Shown: piece after piece, positions 37,783 through 51,027 of the stretch | Position numbering within the stretch: position 1 is the stretch's first letter | How the letters are laid out: each line of letters starts with the position of its first letter | DNA from: Octopus sinensis | Lineage: Eukaryota | Length of the DNA: 64,000 bases | Reading direction: 5' to 3' | NCBI RefSeq assembly: GCF_006345805.1 | Contig: NC_043006.1 | Coordinates: forward strand, 62,682,001 to 62,746,000 | The notes under the pieces: model-generated | Database searches by the model: none | What the model was told of the DNA's origin: nothing | What the model saw: only the letters and a program-made list of their open reading frames with translations | Position numbers and translations under genes: made by a program

Positions 37783-38960
37783 GGTAAACGATCTTCAGTG
37801 AACTGAAGTAACAATCATTGCGATTCTGCCAGTTATTATAACAAGAATATTGATATCATATTAAAAATGCATGTGGCAACGGTACTGAAGGCAGCAATAT
37901 TACTAAACACAATAATAAGAACAACAGTTGCATAACAGTGTATGTTGTTCGCCTACACAAATTCCTAATCTTAAAGCACGTAATATTAACTACTTTATCT
38001 ATAATTGCATTGTACATCACGTTTCAAACCCCCCCCCATCATCATAACGAATGTACAAATGTACGTTGCCGGTTTAACAGCAAAAAATAGCGACCATCAT
38101 GCTGTCATCTTAAAAGCAAATCGCAATCCTTAATAAAATTATTAGACCAGAATATAAGACAGTATGGTCGTGGAATGCTTTTCATCATAGGTTTTCTCAG
38201 TGGAGGTAACTTGGAGCTGCACTCCCCTTCACACATAAGTGTGACAGTGTAAAAGAAATTGGTTGTATGGATTACAAATACACTTCAGAAAGAGAGTAGA
38301 AATAGATTTACAGACAGATTTATCGAACCGTAAATAATGAACCACGGAAGTACAGAGTAGAGTGAGCCAATAACAATACACAATCCTTCTTTCCCAAGTT
38401 CTAAAAAGTATATAAAAATCACATTACACTTGAGGCAGCAATAATACTAGACGCAGTAATAATAACAACGTTTGTTGTTACTATTGCGAAATAGTGTTAA
38501 CATTTCTACTGGCAGCTGTACATTTCGACAACAAACAATATTTAAAGACACGACAGGGATTTACTTAGAAGGAAACATATCTCATAAATAGGATTTTCTC
38601 TTGTGTTCTGGAAACAAGATTATGCAAATTCGATTAAATGGAAGCCTACCCGAACATCAGGTCTGTAAACATATTTTCGTCTGATAAGAATACCAAAGCT
38701 ATAATCACACAAACACACACACACGCACGCACACACACACACAGATACACACGAACGCACGCACGCGTACACACACACACATTACCAGGTACATTTTCGT
38801 GGGTCACGCTCAGATGCGTTGTACATTCTAAACATTTAAAAGACGTCTAATTCGAACTCATAGTATATTAGCCCTACAATGCAACCTAACGAACAAATTG
38901 TCAATACAGCTGCTGCTGGTGCTATATACATACATACATATACATATATATATATATATA

Positions 38961-39030
<70 letters not shown>

Positions 39031-39033
<3 letters not shown>

Positions 39034-39387
39034 CGTCCAGGTCTCGCTTCCGTACAGTAGAGTGCTGAGTACACATGCCTGGTAGATCTTCAACCGTGGA
39101 GAATGGCGACGTACAGTAAAAGAGGGTATACAGAGGAGTGACAGAAAGAGAGAGGAGAAATGGAAAGAAAGGAAGAGACATAAACAAGAGACCATGGCAC
39201 TACAATCAGCCAGGAACAGTCTTCGCTACATTTGCAGTACCTGCCAGAGGGAGTGTTTGTTCAGGATAGGACTACACAGCCACAGCAAGAAATGTAACAG
39301 GAAATAAAATATAACAGCCGGACTAGACCTAGAAAAAAAAAAAAAATGCGCAACTCCATTGTCTCCCGAGACAGAAAGGATGCCAAA

Positions 39388-39390
<3 letters not shown>
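39031..39390 (+). mobile_element. RTE LINE 3' end with an inverted 5' segment
   Basis: 39093-39390 plus strand: RGEWRRTVKEG..CSTCQRECLFRIGLHSHSKKC, with tail TTGTCTCCCGAGACAGAAAGGATGCCAA. 39031-39092 minus strand: KIYQACVLSTLLYGSETWTLY. Confidence 0.85.
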
Positions 39391-39453
<63 letters not shown>

Positions 39454-39689
39454 AAGAGACGTACATATATGTATATATAATGCAACGTTTACACGCCATG
39501 ATTTATGGATTATCTACTTCAAGATCCAACGTTCCAAATGTGGATTGATTTCTGTTCTATTAAAACAATATTCTGTATGATGCCAGTAATGTTTACGCAC
39601 ACACACACACGCACACACACACGCACACACACACTCACACACACATACACATATATATATATGTATATATGTGACCTTGTGACCTCGAA

Positions 39690-39893
39690 TATATGACCTC
39701 GTGAGTACCGCTGGCGATTTTTTTCCCCTGTCTTCCCTTCTCGGGATCTTTCCTTCTCCTATGTTTCCGACAAAGAGCTCCGCTCGAAACGTTAAACCCT
39801 CCTTCTTCCCTTCTTTCCTGAGCGTCCAATAATACTTTATTTGTCCCACGTCCTGTTGTTTTTTTTTGTTTTTTTTTGTTTTCTTGTTTGGAT

Positions 39894-39900
<7 letters not shown>
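39690..39900 (+). mobile_element. (TA)n-inserted repeat, probable PLE pLTR fragment with hammerhead-like motif
   Basis: GTTT-CCGACAA-A-GAGC-tcc-GCTC-GAAA-CG-TT-AAAC at 39763-39797. Confidence 0.6.
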
Positions 39901-39942
<42 letters not shown>

Positions 39943-39971
39943 ACATATTATATATATATTTTATATATATA

Positions 39972-40320
39972 CTCTTTTACTCTTTTACTTGTTTCAGACA
40001 TTTTGACTGCGGCCATGCTGGAGCAACGCCTTTAGTCGAGCCCAGTACTTATTCTATCGGACACTTTTGCCGAACCGCTAAGTGACGGGGACGTAAACAC
40101 ACCAGCATCGGTTGGCACACAAACATATACACGCACATATGCACATATATATATATATACGACAGGCTTCTTTCAGTTTCCGCCTACCAAATCCACTCAC
40201 AAGGCTTTGGTCGGCCCGAGGCTATAGCAGAAGACACTTGCCCAAGATGCCACGCAGTGGGACTGAACCCGGAACCATGTTGGTTAGCAAGCTACTTACC
40301 ACACAGCCACTCCTGCGCCT
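39972..40320 (-). mobile_element. CORE-type tRNA-SINE with internal deletions
   Basis: Family match including the head ..CCACACAGCCACTCCTGCGCC. Confidence 0.9.
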
Positions 40321-40364
40321 ATATATATATATTTTATATATATTTTATATATGTTTATATATTT

Positions 40365-40396
<32 letters not shown>

Positions 40397-40554
40397 TATA
40401 TATATATATATAAAATCATGTGTCTAGGGAGGGTCATTATATCGATAAAAAGATCAAAATACGGGCAGGCTCAATACGACTTCTTTAATTTACAAACTAA
40501 TTCTGTACTGTTTTAATGTGTTGATTGAATAATTAATTGGTTGTAACTTTTCTC

Positions 40555-40597
40555 TGCCAGAGTTCTTTTGTCGCTATTCGCGACCTCATTAATGACA
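40555..40597 (-). ncRNA. Degenerate minimal hammerhead-like motif in a (TA)n-anchored repeat (~40415-40780)
   Basis: Minus strand TGTCA-TTAATGA-G-GTCGC-gaata-GCGAC-AAAA-GAAC-TC-TGGCA. Stems I and II pair fully; three core substitutions. Confidence 0.5.
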
Positions 40598-40794
40598 TGC
40601 CCCCACTTTTCAAAGTCTGCTTTAACCCTGTCTAATAATTAGTTTAATGCCTAAGTGTGTATGTGGGAGGAAAGGTGGCTGCATGTATGCATCCATGTAA
40701 TTATGTGTGTATGTCGGTGTGCGTTCTTATGAGCGTTTTCGTCCATGTGTGTACGTGTATGTATATGTAGTGTAACCATCTGTTTTGTAAAATA

Positions 40795-41316
40795 TATATT
40801 TCTTTAGTACCCACAAGGGGCTAAACACAGAGGGGACAAACAAGGACGGACAAACGGATTAAGTCGATTATATCGACCCCAGTTGTTTTTTAAAATATAT
40901 ATTTCTTTACTACCCACAAGGTGCTAAACACAGTGGGGACAAACAAGGACAGACAAACGGATTAAGTCGATTATATCGACCCCAGGGCGTAACTGGTACC
41001 TAATTTATCGACCCCGAAAGGATGAAACGCAAAGTCGACCTCGGTGGAATTTGAACTCAGAACGTAGCGACAGACGAAATACCTATTTCTTTACTACCCA
41101 CAAGGGGCTAAACACAGAGAGGACAAACAAGGACAGACAAGCGGATTAAGTCGATTATATCGACCCCAGGGCGTAACTGGTACCTAATTTATCGACCCCG
41201 AAAGGATGAAAGGCAAAGTCGACCTCGGTGGAATTTGAACTCAGAACGTAGTGACAGACGAAATACGGCTACGCATTCCGCCCGGCGTGCTAACGTTTCT
41301 GCCAGCTCACCGCCTT
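40795..41316 (-). mobile_element. Head-to-tail array of second-family tRNA-SINE (one full and two partial units)
   Basis: TACCCACAAG at 40808, 40911 and 41095. Only the last unit keeps the A-box head. Confidence 0.9.
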
Positions 41317-41723
41317 TGTTTTGTTTTTTTAAATATATTCATGCATACATAACACAAGATAGACTGTGAATGGTGTTATTGCATCGTAGAACGCACGCAT
41401 ATCTGTTTTGTTTCATTTCATCAACTATAAACACTAAATCTGTCAGCTTTTCCATTAAAAGAAATAAATAAATTACGGTTTATATCTTTCTTCTGACTTT
41501 TCTACCGATGCTATGGATCCTAACAGCAAGCTGATAACAATTTTACTGTACATCTTGACTACGTCTATTATCTTATGCATAGTAACAACTATTTATCGCC
41601 AGAAATGCAAAACATTTTGATCTCTTCCCTAATTTTCTGCTTTTATCGCTCCCCTTTCCTTTTCCTCCCTTTCTCATTGCCTCTCTTTACCTCCTTCCTA
41701 CTTTTCTTCCTCTTTCGCAATAT

Positions 41724-41769
<46 letters not shown>

Positions 41770-42472
41770 TCATACATTGCACACTGCTTATAGCTCTCCT
41801 TCCAAACGCTTCCCATTGAAAGAATTTCCTACGTTTGACATTGGCATATGGTCATATAGTTTTATGGGGAAGCTGTTGTCGACTATGTTTGCATTTGGTG
41901 CCTTATGTAGAGCACTATGAAGGAAAAGAGAATGAATATAACAGGTAAATTTATGAATCCCATACGAAAGAAATATTAGTCAACTTCCATGTGTAGCGGC
42001 GTATTTTAAAAACAGAATGAAACATTCAATACACCACTACCGATTGTGCCACCAACACTACTAAAACAGTCAACTTTGCAACCAGAATATCTGAATAGTT
42101 CTTATTATAACTGACCAAGACTGGTAAAGTGTAACGTTGACATTAATAGGATTTGAACAGTAATTGAATATTGTTTGGCATCCTTTCCAGCGCTTTTATT
42201 TATAATGCTTTCAAATTTTAGTATAGCTCACGCAATTTGTAGGTGAATCCAACCACCAACAGTCCAGTATGGTAGTATTTTTATCGAATTCACAAGTATG
42301 AGAATCTAAAACAACCACGAATAGACAAGAAATCGAGGACGAAGAGTCACAACTTCTGTCACTTACCACTCGAAAACAATAAGCCTACATGACGTCATAA
42401 ATCCTTTGTGAATCTCAGACGTATATAGTTCTTAACTTGCAGAAAATATAGAATCTATTTTGAAGTTACGTC

Positions 42473-42475
42473 TAT

Positions 42476-42530
<55 letters not shown>

Positions 42531-42533
42531 TTT
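42473..42533. repeat. (TTTA)n microsatellite
   Basis: Directly visible. Confidence 0.95.
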
Positions 42534-42914
42534 GGCATTATACTTTACAGTAAATAGTTTATCTAAAATATATTAATGGACTGCTATCGATTCACTTTTC
42601 CTTTGGGTATGTTGTGGTTGTGCCTTGAGCGATTTGTAATGTAATATTTAGTATTCAAAACGAAAAAAGAATATTGATGGTTTCAAAGGTAATTGGAAGA
42701 CTATGTTATTTTTCATAACAGAGCATCAATGATTGATCCAATTATAACAGGGATGACCTGTATTTTAATGAATAAATAGCGCTCATATCTGTGTGGCGCA
42801 CAGAAAAAAATCTGCTCGACTCAAGGCCAATCATGGAAGCAAGTGTCTTCTTATTAAGGAAACGTAAACAACTTTATGAATCATGCATTAACATTTAAAC
42901 AGAGTGACTGACAG

Positions 42915-42920
42915 GTAGAC

Positions 42921-42996
<76 letters not shown>
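42915..42996. repeat. (GATA)n microsatellite
   Basis: Directly visible. Confidence 0.95.
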
Positions 42997-44009
42997 GAAA
43001 GGAAGGATGGACGGCCAGCTCGATGGTTAATCCAATGTCATTAAAATACAAAGATAAAAAAAAGTATATGAATAAATATGGGATAGAGAGAAGAATATAT
43101 AGATATATTCAAAGCTATATATAAAGGGTAAACGGACATAGAAGTAGTGGAGAAAATAAAGGCTATATTAACGCAATGCTAAATGGAAGACAGCGAAGAA
43201 TGTCAAACAGGTGGATAAGAACAGAAACTAGAACGAACATGTTTACTTTTAGCCATTCATATTCATACGCATGCGTGAGCGTGTGCATGTATGTGTGTAC
43301 GACTGAGAGCGTTTATTTTTTCCTATGAGTAGTGAAATATAGAAGTGAATTACATACGCACATATATGTATATGCATATATGCGTACATATACATGTATA
43401 ATATAAATTATATATACAATAAGTACACGTGCATTCATACATTAGATTACTCTTGAATCAGTGGGTGTTTCTAATTCCTTTCAAAACTTACTTTGACGTC
43501 GGAATCCAATTTGTCCAGAAGAAATTACTGCTTTTCTGATATCCTCATTCTTTTTCCATATTCTTTTGTTTTCTTTTCTTGCTTATTTTCTGCAGTTGTA
43601 CGGCGAATTCGTAAATGGAATCTCGAAAGAAACGTTTGTTGTCAACAATTCTTTATATTATAAGTTAGTAAGAAAAGAATTAGGTACATGTATGTATGCG
43701 CGCAGATTTGTCTGTATGCCTCTTATGTGTGCGTATATGTTCGTCAGTTCTTTTCTGAATATCTATTGTTTTTTCTTCATTTTTGTAAGTTTTATTTTTT
43801 CTTTCTAAAGGATATCGAGCTGTTCAATAATTGTTGCTGCGAATCTACCAGGAATAAACTTGGTTTAAGTATGTTCACTGAATATGCATCCGTTTTGTTT
43901 CTTACTGAGGTGTAAGCATTCTTTTTTTATTCTGTTGGACGACACTAATCGAAAACTAAAGTCGCGTGGCCATACCTCACAAAATTTGAATTGTCGAAGA
44001 ACTACCACT

Positions 44010-44780
44010 ATTTAGGTCAGACCCTTTCAGATATAAGGGTATGCGATGTCGCAGCGCGTTGCTGCATTCCTCATTTTTCAGTACAGTCCCTGATACTCCG
44101 AGCGATCCGTCGAGTAGAGTCCCATCTAGTCTCATTTTCCGTGAGATACGTACTCATCTTCCCTCACTATTTGGTATGTGGTCGACCAACAAGAGTCATC
44201 AACCCAGCCGAATCCCTAGTGAAGAGAACAAACACGGTAAGTAGGGTCTAACTCGGAAAGTCTGGCTCTCTCGAATGATACAGTAACAGGACGCATCCCA
44301 ATATCTGAGTAGAGTCGCTGATTGGATACGAAATCTAACTAATGTTAACTCATATAATCTTGCGAAGCGTCCTGGTACGAAAGGAGTTCAGGCGGCGTCT
44401 AAGCCTTCCAGGCAATATGCAAGTCTTACAATAATAGAGCAGAAACCGGGAGAACCAGAGACTAAAAGACTCGAAATTTTGTCTTCATGCAAAGATATCA
44501 GCACCGACAAACACCCTTGTCTAATGAGTTTAAAACTACACAGCTCGTCCAAATGACTTTTAGGACCTGAGACTTGCAGCAAACGCCGTTATTACTATGG
44601 AGATTCATAGCGGCAATAGAGAGAGACTAGGTGGTGTCCACCAAGAAGCGAACGACGCACTGGATCTTTGTCTTCACCCAAGAGATTCTAAGGCCGTGTT
44701 TCCACTTTCTCACTCAATGAAACGAGAGCCCACTTTATGACGTCCAGAGACTCAGTGAGAGAGGTAGTGCGTGAGGGAGG
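44010..44780 (-). mobile_element. RTE-clade LINE 3' portion, decayed
   Basis: GLRISWVKTKIQ, LRRRLNSFRTRTLRKI..DFVSNQRL, GRPH, NAATRC, then a TCTGACCT-type tail. Confidence 0.8.
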
Positions 44781-45514
44781 AGAGAGACGGAGTACGGCAG
44801 ATATATTCGGCTTATACTTATTTGAACCTCAATGCTCATTGGAATAATATGGAATAATAGGAAATGAAGTTCCTTGTCAAATAAATCGATACTGCAAGCA
44901 TGTGATCATGACCAAAACACCATAACGTCTGACTAAGTTTAACTAAAATAAAATGGCAAATTCTAGAATTTCGTAGTGTCTCTCTGCCTCCCCTTATCCT
45001 AAAGTCTTAACAAAATTAGCTGTCCGTCATTCCAGAAGTATCAATTGAAAATGAAATTATTCACATTTATTAACAGCCTTAATTAAAATCAAACTGCTAG
45101 GACGAGTTAATTATTTACATTTCCTCCTCGGTTCAGATCAATATTTTAATCATTTGATTTTATATCGAACATTAGTTTGTTATTACCATTTTAGTCATGG
45201 AAAATGATGTTGAGTTTAAAAATAGGTTCCATAATATTTTCACATTGCCATTTTCTAGGTCGTAGAGAACTTAATATGATTACTAACGCGTTACATTTTA
45301 TTTCGCCAGTTGAAACTAGATGGTAATCTGAGTTTATATCATTTTGATAGAAGGTATGTTTCATTGGACATTGTGTACGCCAGAATAATTTATAGAAAAA
45401 ACGATTATTTCTTTCAATATAAGTAACAGGGTGTTGCTTTTCATGTAGTTGCATTTAGATCGGACTTTTTCAAGAAGGTCGTAGATACATCTTCATATAA
45501 CATATATATATAAT

Positions 45515-45870
45515 TAAAAATTCTCATTACGTATAAGACATCATCAGCGAGTGAAAAATAGGTAAACACACGAGAGATAAGTACAGGACAAATACAAAGA
45601 AAAGATGCCGAAAAATACACATTAAGTACAGTATCTCACCAATGAGGGAAAACATGCAAACACACAGAGACACGTACAAGACAAAATACCAATGGAAGTC
45701 GAACCCTTCCTTAGTTGTCGACTGTTTATTACTACCTGTTCCGAGCTTTCAACGACAAGACAGGAAAACTTCATAAGGCAGCAGCATCCACAAATTTTCA
45801 AAATATCAAATTTATGGATAGTTGGTGCTTCGAGTGGACATACAGAGTAAACAATCGACAAAGACAGGCA
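45515..45870. mobile_element. Probable PLE pLTR remnants with eroded hammerhead-like motifs
   Basis: Minus strand CTGATGA-TG-TCTTAT-acgta-ATGAGA (45519-45547) and CTTATGA-AGTTTT..AAAGCT-CGGAA-CAGG-TA (45728-45785). Confidence 0.35.
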
Positions 45871-46260
45871 TTAAGGGGCATTAGGCCAATACGAATTGCA
45901 TTGGGTAATGCCTGGGAGAAATTTTGAAAGGATTTGAAGATAAAAAAAAGAAGAGAAAAAATAGAAGACACAAAATATCGAGAGGCGAGAAAAATTACAT
46001 ACACCTGGCTGGACGTCCCACCCAAAGAAACAGAGAGACGGGGAAAATTGCTTGTAGTCACGTGTGATCAACAGGCAGAAAGGGGAATGGAAAAGAACGA
46101 AAGGAGTAAGAAGGGAAAAGAAAAGATAGCCAGGAAGAAGTGGAAGAAAAGGAAATATAAGGGATTATAGAGGGGCCAAAACAAAGAAAAATATAGGCAA
46201 GGAATAGAGTGTAGAGTCGCAGAAATTGTATATAAATGTAAAAGCTTTTACATTTATGCA

Positions 46261-46300
<40 letters not shown>

Positions 46301-46302
<2 letters not shown>

Positions 46303-46553
46303 GCGCAATTACCCAGTGGTTAGGGCAGCGGACTCGCAGTTTCGATTTCCAGACCGGGCGTTGTGAGTGTTTATTGAGCGAAAACACCTAAAGCTCCACG
46401 AGACTCCGGCAGAATTCTCCCCAGAATTACGTTAAGGGTACACGTGTCTGTGGAGTCCTCAGCCACTTGCACGTTAATTTCGCTTCGCGAGCAGGCTGTT
46501 CCGTTGATCGGATCGACTAGAACCCATGTCGTTGTAACCGATGAAGTGCCACG
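46301..46553 (+). mobile_element. tRNA-derived SINE (third family), internally deleted
   Basis: GGCGCAAT..CCCAGTGGTTAGGGCAGCGGACTCG..GTTTCGATTTCC head with A/B boxes. Confidence 0.7.
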
Positions 46554-46564
46554 TAATATATATA

Positions 46565-46925
46565 TTGGGTAAATGTATTCTACTATATCTCCAAGCTATC
46601 CAAAGTTTTGAGAATGAATTTGGTAGACATAAACAGAAATCAGTCGTATGTATAAAAATATATGTATATACAAGCGGGTGTGTATATGTGCGTGTGTGTT
46701 TGTGCATGCTTGCATGTGTGTGTGTATCTGTATGCTTGTGTTTTGTGGTTATGTTTGTCCCCCACCGCTTGAAAACAGTCTTGGTTTCTTTACATTCCCG
46801 TAACTTAACATTTCCGCAAAAAGAGTTCTACAGAATATGCACCAATTTTCGGAAAATAAGTACTCGATTTCTTCGACAGACCCGTTCAACGTGGTGTTAC
46901 AGCATGGTCTCAGACTGAAAAAAGT
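46565..46925 (+). mobile_element. Degenerate CORE-type SINE
   Basis: TTTGGTAGAC..GTTTGTCCCCCACCGCTTGA..CCCGTAACTTA..CAGCATGG. Confidence 0.7.
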
Positions 46926-47394
46926 AGAGGAAATATATATATATGGGAGGGGCATTATGCCGGTAATAATAAACACACGCACTGGTTCTGTCCTTTATTG
47001 TTATTGTTAGTTAATAGGTTGTCTCCTCCGTTAACCAATTTATCGATTAACGGTTAAACAGTTAATTTTTCAAATGTTCTGTATTGTAACTCTTGTAATT
47101 ACTTTTTTTGTAAAATTATTATTTGATCGCATTGTTGCGATCTCTTCAGTGACACGTCACTGTACCTTCATTTCTTTTGAACTTATGTTCCAGCGTGTGT
47201 GTGTGTGTGTGTGTCTCTGTGTGTGTGTGTGTGTGTGAGTGTGTACGTCTGTATACGTGTACATTTATACATAAGTGTGTGCATCTGTATGTTTCTGTCT
47301 CCGTGTGGGCGGGAGGACATGTCTGTGTCTTTGTCTTTGGATGTGTGTGTCCGTTCGTGTGTGTGCGTACGTGTGTATATGTTTGTGCGTCCAT

Positions 47395-48687
47395 GTAAGG
47401 CCTGTGCTTGATGAGAATATTTACTATTCGAAACCGGTCGTGTTTCGTTTATCTAGCCTCACTCTAATATCTGTCGTAGCGATGCGTCGTCTGGTTGTCT
47501 AGACAGGATTTCTGTTCAGCACACCACCATGATGTTCTTTGGCATGCTGGTAGAGTATCGAGAATTGTCTTTGATCTCTGTATTCCCTCCAAGGTTCGTT
47601 TATACGCTAATTCAGTAAACCACGTTTCTGGTTTTGCAGTTGACACCAGGGCTATATTTGCACACTACACAGTCCCCCTCTTCACACGTGGGTTTTCTGA
47701 AGGGTTATGTTTTGCATATTATTGACCTGATGGATCTCCCTGGTTATTTCATGACTTTTATGTTCAACTTCAGGATTTTTCTAAATCTGCGGGCTAGTTC
47801 CCTATGTGGTGTGGCTTCTACAAACATCGTCCCTTGGAACTTGTCGGCTTTGTATCACGTGTTCTTTTTGTTTGTTTTATCATAAATTCTCCGTATTTTA
47901 TTCCACTGCTTACTACGCTACTTACGTTGTGTTCTATCGCCATCCTTATTCACACTCTCTACAAATTTCTTGCTAGCTCCACTGTACACTCGGATTCTAT
48001 CTTTCTGTTTGTATCCCGAAAATTGCATGCGATGCAAGAAGTATTATGTTTCTGTTTCCCCCAGGTTTTTCATATGGGTGATGTGTTTTTCATTATTCTG
48101 ACTATGTCGGCTATTAATATTTTAATTTTCACATTGTGTGATAGAGCCGAACTCTCATGGATCACATATTTCGAGGACATGGTTTTCATATAGTGTGAGT
48201 GGAGAATTTGTCTCTAGCCAAAGATCTGTGTCAAGGACCAGGAGTCTCTTCATTGGGTCCCTTGTTGGGTAATCTATAGTTACCCTATTGCTTCAATGTA
48301 TGGAATTAGCTATACGCTGGATGGTTTCCATCATGATCCTCTCGTTTTCTTCAGTTTGAATGTTCGATGTTATCTTGACTATGATGTTGATATCATCCAC
48401 ATATCTCCCATACAGTCTGATTGCTACTGAGTGTTCCTCAAGTGCTTGTTTAAGTTTCCTGCCCCATCCGATCATGAAGCGACCTGCCACGTCCCCAACC
48501 ACATTGACAGCGATGGCTGCCCCCTGGACTTGTATATAAACTTATCATTGAATTTAACTATTTGGTTCTGTGGGGTGGGCTTTAGACTTGCGCCCACTGC
48601 ATGTGCAATCATTTTCCGTGTCTGGACGTTATCCTTGGGTCGTGGGCGGGTGCATTCCATCCACTCCAGCGCTCCGCGGTGTTTTCC

Positions 48688-48690
<3 letters not shown>
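47395..48690 (-). mobile_element. Neptune-like Penelope element (RT C-half, Cys linker, deleted GIY-YIG)
   Basis: YGRYVDDI, IANSIH..VTIDYP..LLVLD, MQFSGY, MFVEATP, CEEGDCVVC..NCKTRNVVY, RINEPW..SILYQHAKEHHGG. Bounded by (GT)n and (GATA)n. Confidence 0.88.
47405..47442 (+). ncRNA. Minimal type I hammerhead ribozyme-like motif (best preserved in the window)
   Basis: TGC-TTGATGA-GAATA-tttac-TATTC-GAAA-CCGG-TC-GTG: perfect stem II, palindromic stem III, GUC site, single C3>U core change. Confidence 0.75.

Positions 48691-48760
<70 letters not shown>
48690..48760. repeat. (GATA)n microsatellite
   Basis: Directly visible. Confidence 0.95.
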
Positions 48761-49512
48761 GTGCCTTTCATATCCCCGTAAAACCTGAGTCCGTCATCTT
48801 TTCTGCAGATGAAACGACCTTGGTCTTCTTGAAGCAGGTAAGGAGAGATGTTTCCACTGCATGGATTGTCTCTTTGTCTCAAGCTCAAAATGATGAACCC
48901 AACACACATGCAGGGCCAGAAAAAGTTCAAAGAAACCAGTTGCATCTGTCTCAATCAATGTCAAATTTTCCCGTGACATGATCTGCTTGGTGCACTTTTC
49001 ATCAAATGTCAGAAGACGTGGCACCCACCGAAAAGAAACTTCCCTAATGTCAAGTTCATTTTGCATAATGTTCTCAAATCTCTTATAAGGTATACTAATA
49101 TCATTGACTGTTTGATTTATAGTCAATTGCTGGTCATCTATGACCATGGGATGGAAACGATAATGTTTTCCTCCCTAGTGGCAGCTGCTGAACGTCCAGA
49201 CCTGAGTCAACTTCAAGACTCTCCTAAATTTATTTAAGCATGTTTGCACTGTTAATAAAGTTGGAGAGTCATCCCCTAAGAATACCAAGCATGTCAGCAC
49301 GAGAGTCATTGGGGATTAAACCGTTTTCCAAAGTAGGTACTTGTTAACTCCGCTATACCAAAATTTGTCCATTTTCAAAAGAATTGCAACTAGTTGCTTT
49401 TGAACAGTCATATGTAAGCTCAACTGGAAAGGACAAATGTAGCTACCAATAAGGATGGTTGAAATTAATGCATGCAACATTTCACAGCTATAAACTTTTC
49501 AGCTCACGTTCT
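48761..49512 (-). mobile_element. Mariner (irritans-like) 5' half
   Basis: RWVPRLLT, WVHHFELETKRQSMQWKH; TIR-like GTGAGCTGAAAAGTT at ~49492-49507. Confidence 0.88.
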
Positions 49513-49542
49513 TGTGTGTGTCTATATATATATATAAATATA

Positions 49543-49587
<45 letters not shown>

Positions 49588-49616
49588 ATAATATATATAT
49601 ATATACACACATATAT

Positions 49617-50015
49617 AGTGGTGGCTGTGTGGTAAGTAGCTTGCTTGCCAACCGCATGGTCCCGGGTTCAGTCCCACTGTGAGGCACCTTGGACAAGTGT
49701 CTTCTACTATAGCCTTGGGCCGACCAAATCCTTGTTCGTAGATTTGGTAGGCGGAAACTGAAAGAAGCCCGTCGTGTATGTATGTATATATATATGTCTA
49801 TGTGTGTATATATTTGTGTGTCTGTGTTTGTCCCCCTAACATCGCTTGACAACCGATGCTGGTGTGTTTACATCCCCTTAACCTAGCGGTTAAGTACTAG
49901 GCTAACAAAGAATAAGCTCTGCGGTCGATTTGCTCGACTAAACGTGGTGCACCAGCATGGCCTCAGTCAAATGTCTGAAACAAGTAAAAGAGTAAAAGAG
50001 AGAGAGTAAAGAGAG
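49617..50015 (+). mobile_element. CORE-type tRNA-SINE
   Basis: Family match, tail (AGTAAAAG)n. Confidence 0.9.
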
Positions 50016-50067
50016 CTATATTGATTGATCGATTGATTAAATGATTAGATCATTCGATCGATCGGTC

Positions 50068-50301
<234 letters not shown>

Positions 50302-51027
50302 GTGTATGTGTGTGTATTTATTCGATTTCTTCCTGTAAGCTAGAAGCTACTTTCTGTGCATGTGCACTTGTGAAAGGTAATCTGTGACATTGCTGAAGAT
50401 TTGATGTTACAACCCATCTGAGATGATGTACAACCAGTTCTTGTCTGCCCAAAATTTACTATTGTAGATGGCGCATATTGCAAATCTGGATAACCCCATA
50501 AATGTGTGCTTTGTTGTAAGTCGTTCGGTATCTCAGTATCCGAACATCAAATGTATAAAAATGAAAAGTAGAAAATGAAAACATATCTATATTTCAGTGC
50601 TGATAATAAACTGATTTCTAACATTAGCACAAGGTCAGAGACTGCATAATTTAATGGTAATCTATTGTATTCGATTGAATCAATAAACGTAACCACCACC
50701 CCACTACAAACTTTGACATAGAAAGAAATCAATATTAAATAGAAAATAATACTCACTTGAACAGTTAGATAGTTACGTCACGCTCGAAATATTTGCAATT
50801 CAAGTGAAAATTATCCCTATCGTTCTCCCTCAGAGTCGCATTCACACAACAAGAATATTATTTTCCATAACGCTCTATCTTTAAAGGCAACACAATACCA
50901 TTTGTTTGGTACGCATAATTGTTACTTATTCTGATATGCCTTTATATAATTACCGCTGGTATATTTCATATATCAAAATTAAAAGCCCGTTATTCCATCT
51001 ACTTTTAAGAATCTGTCATTATATAAA

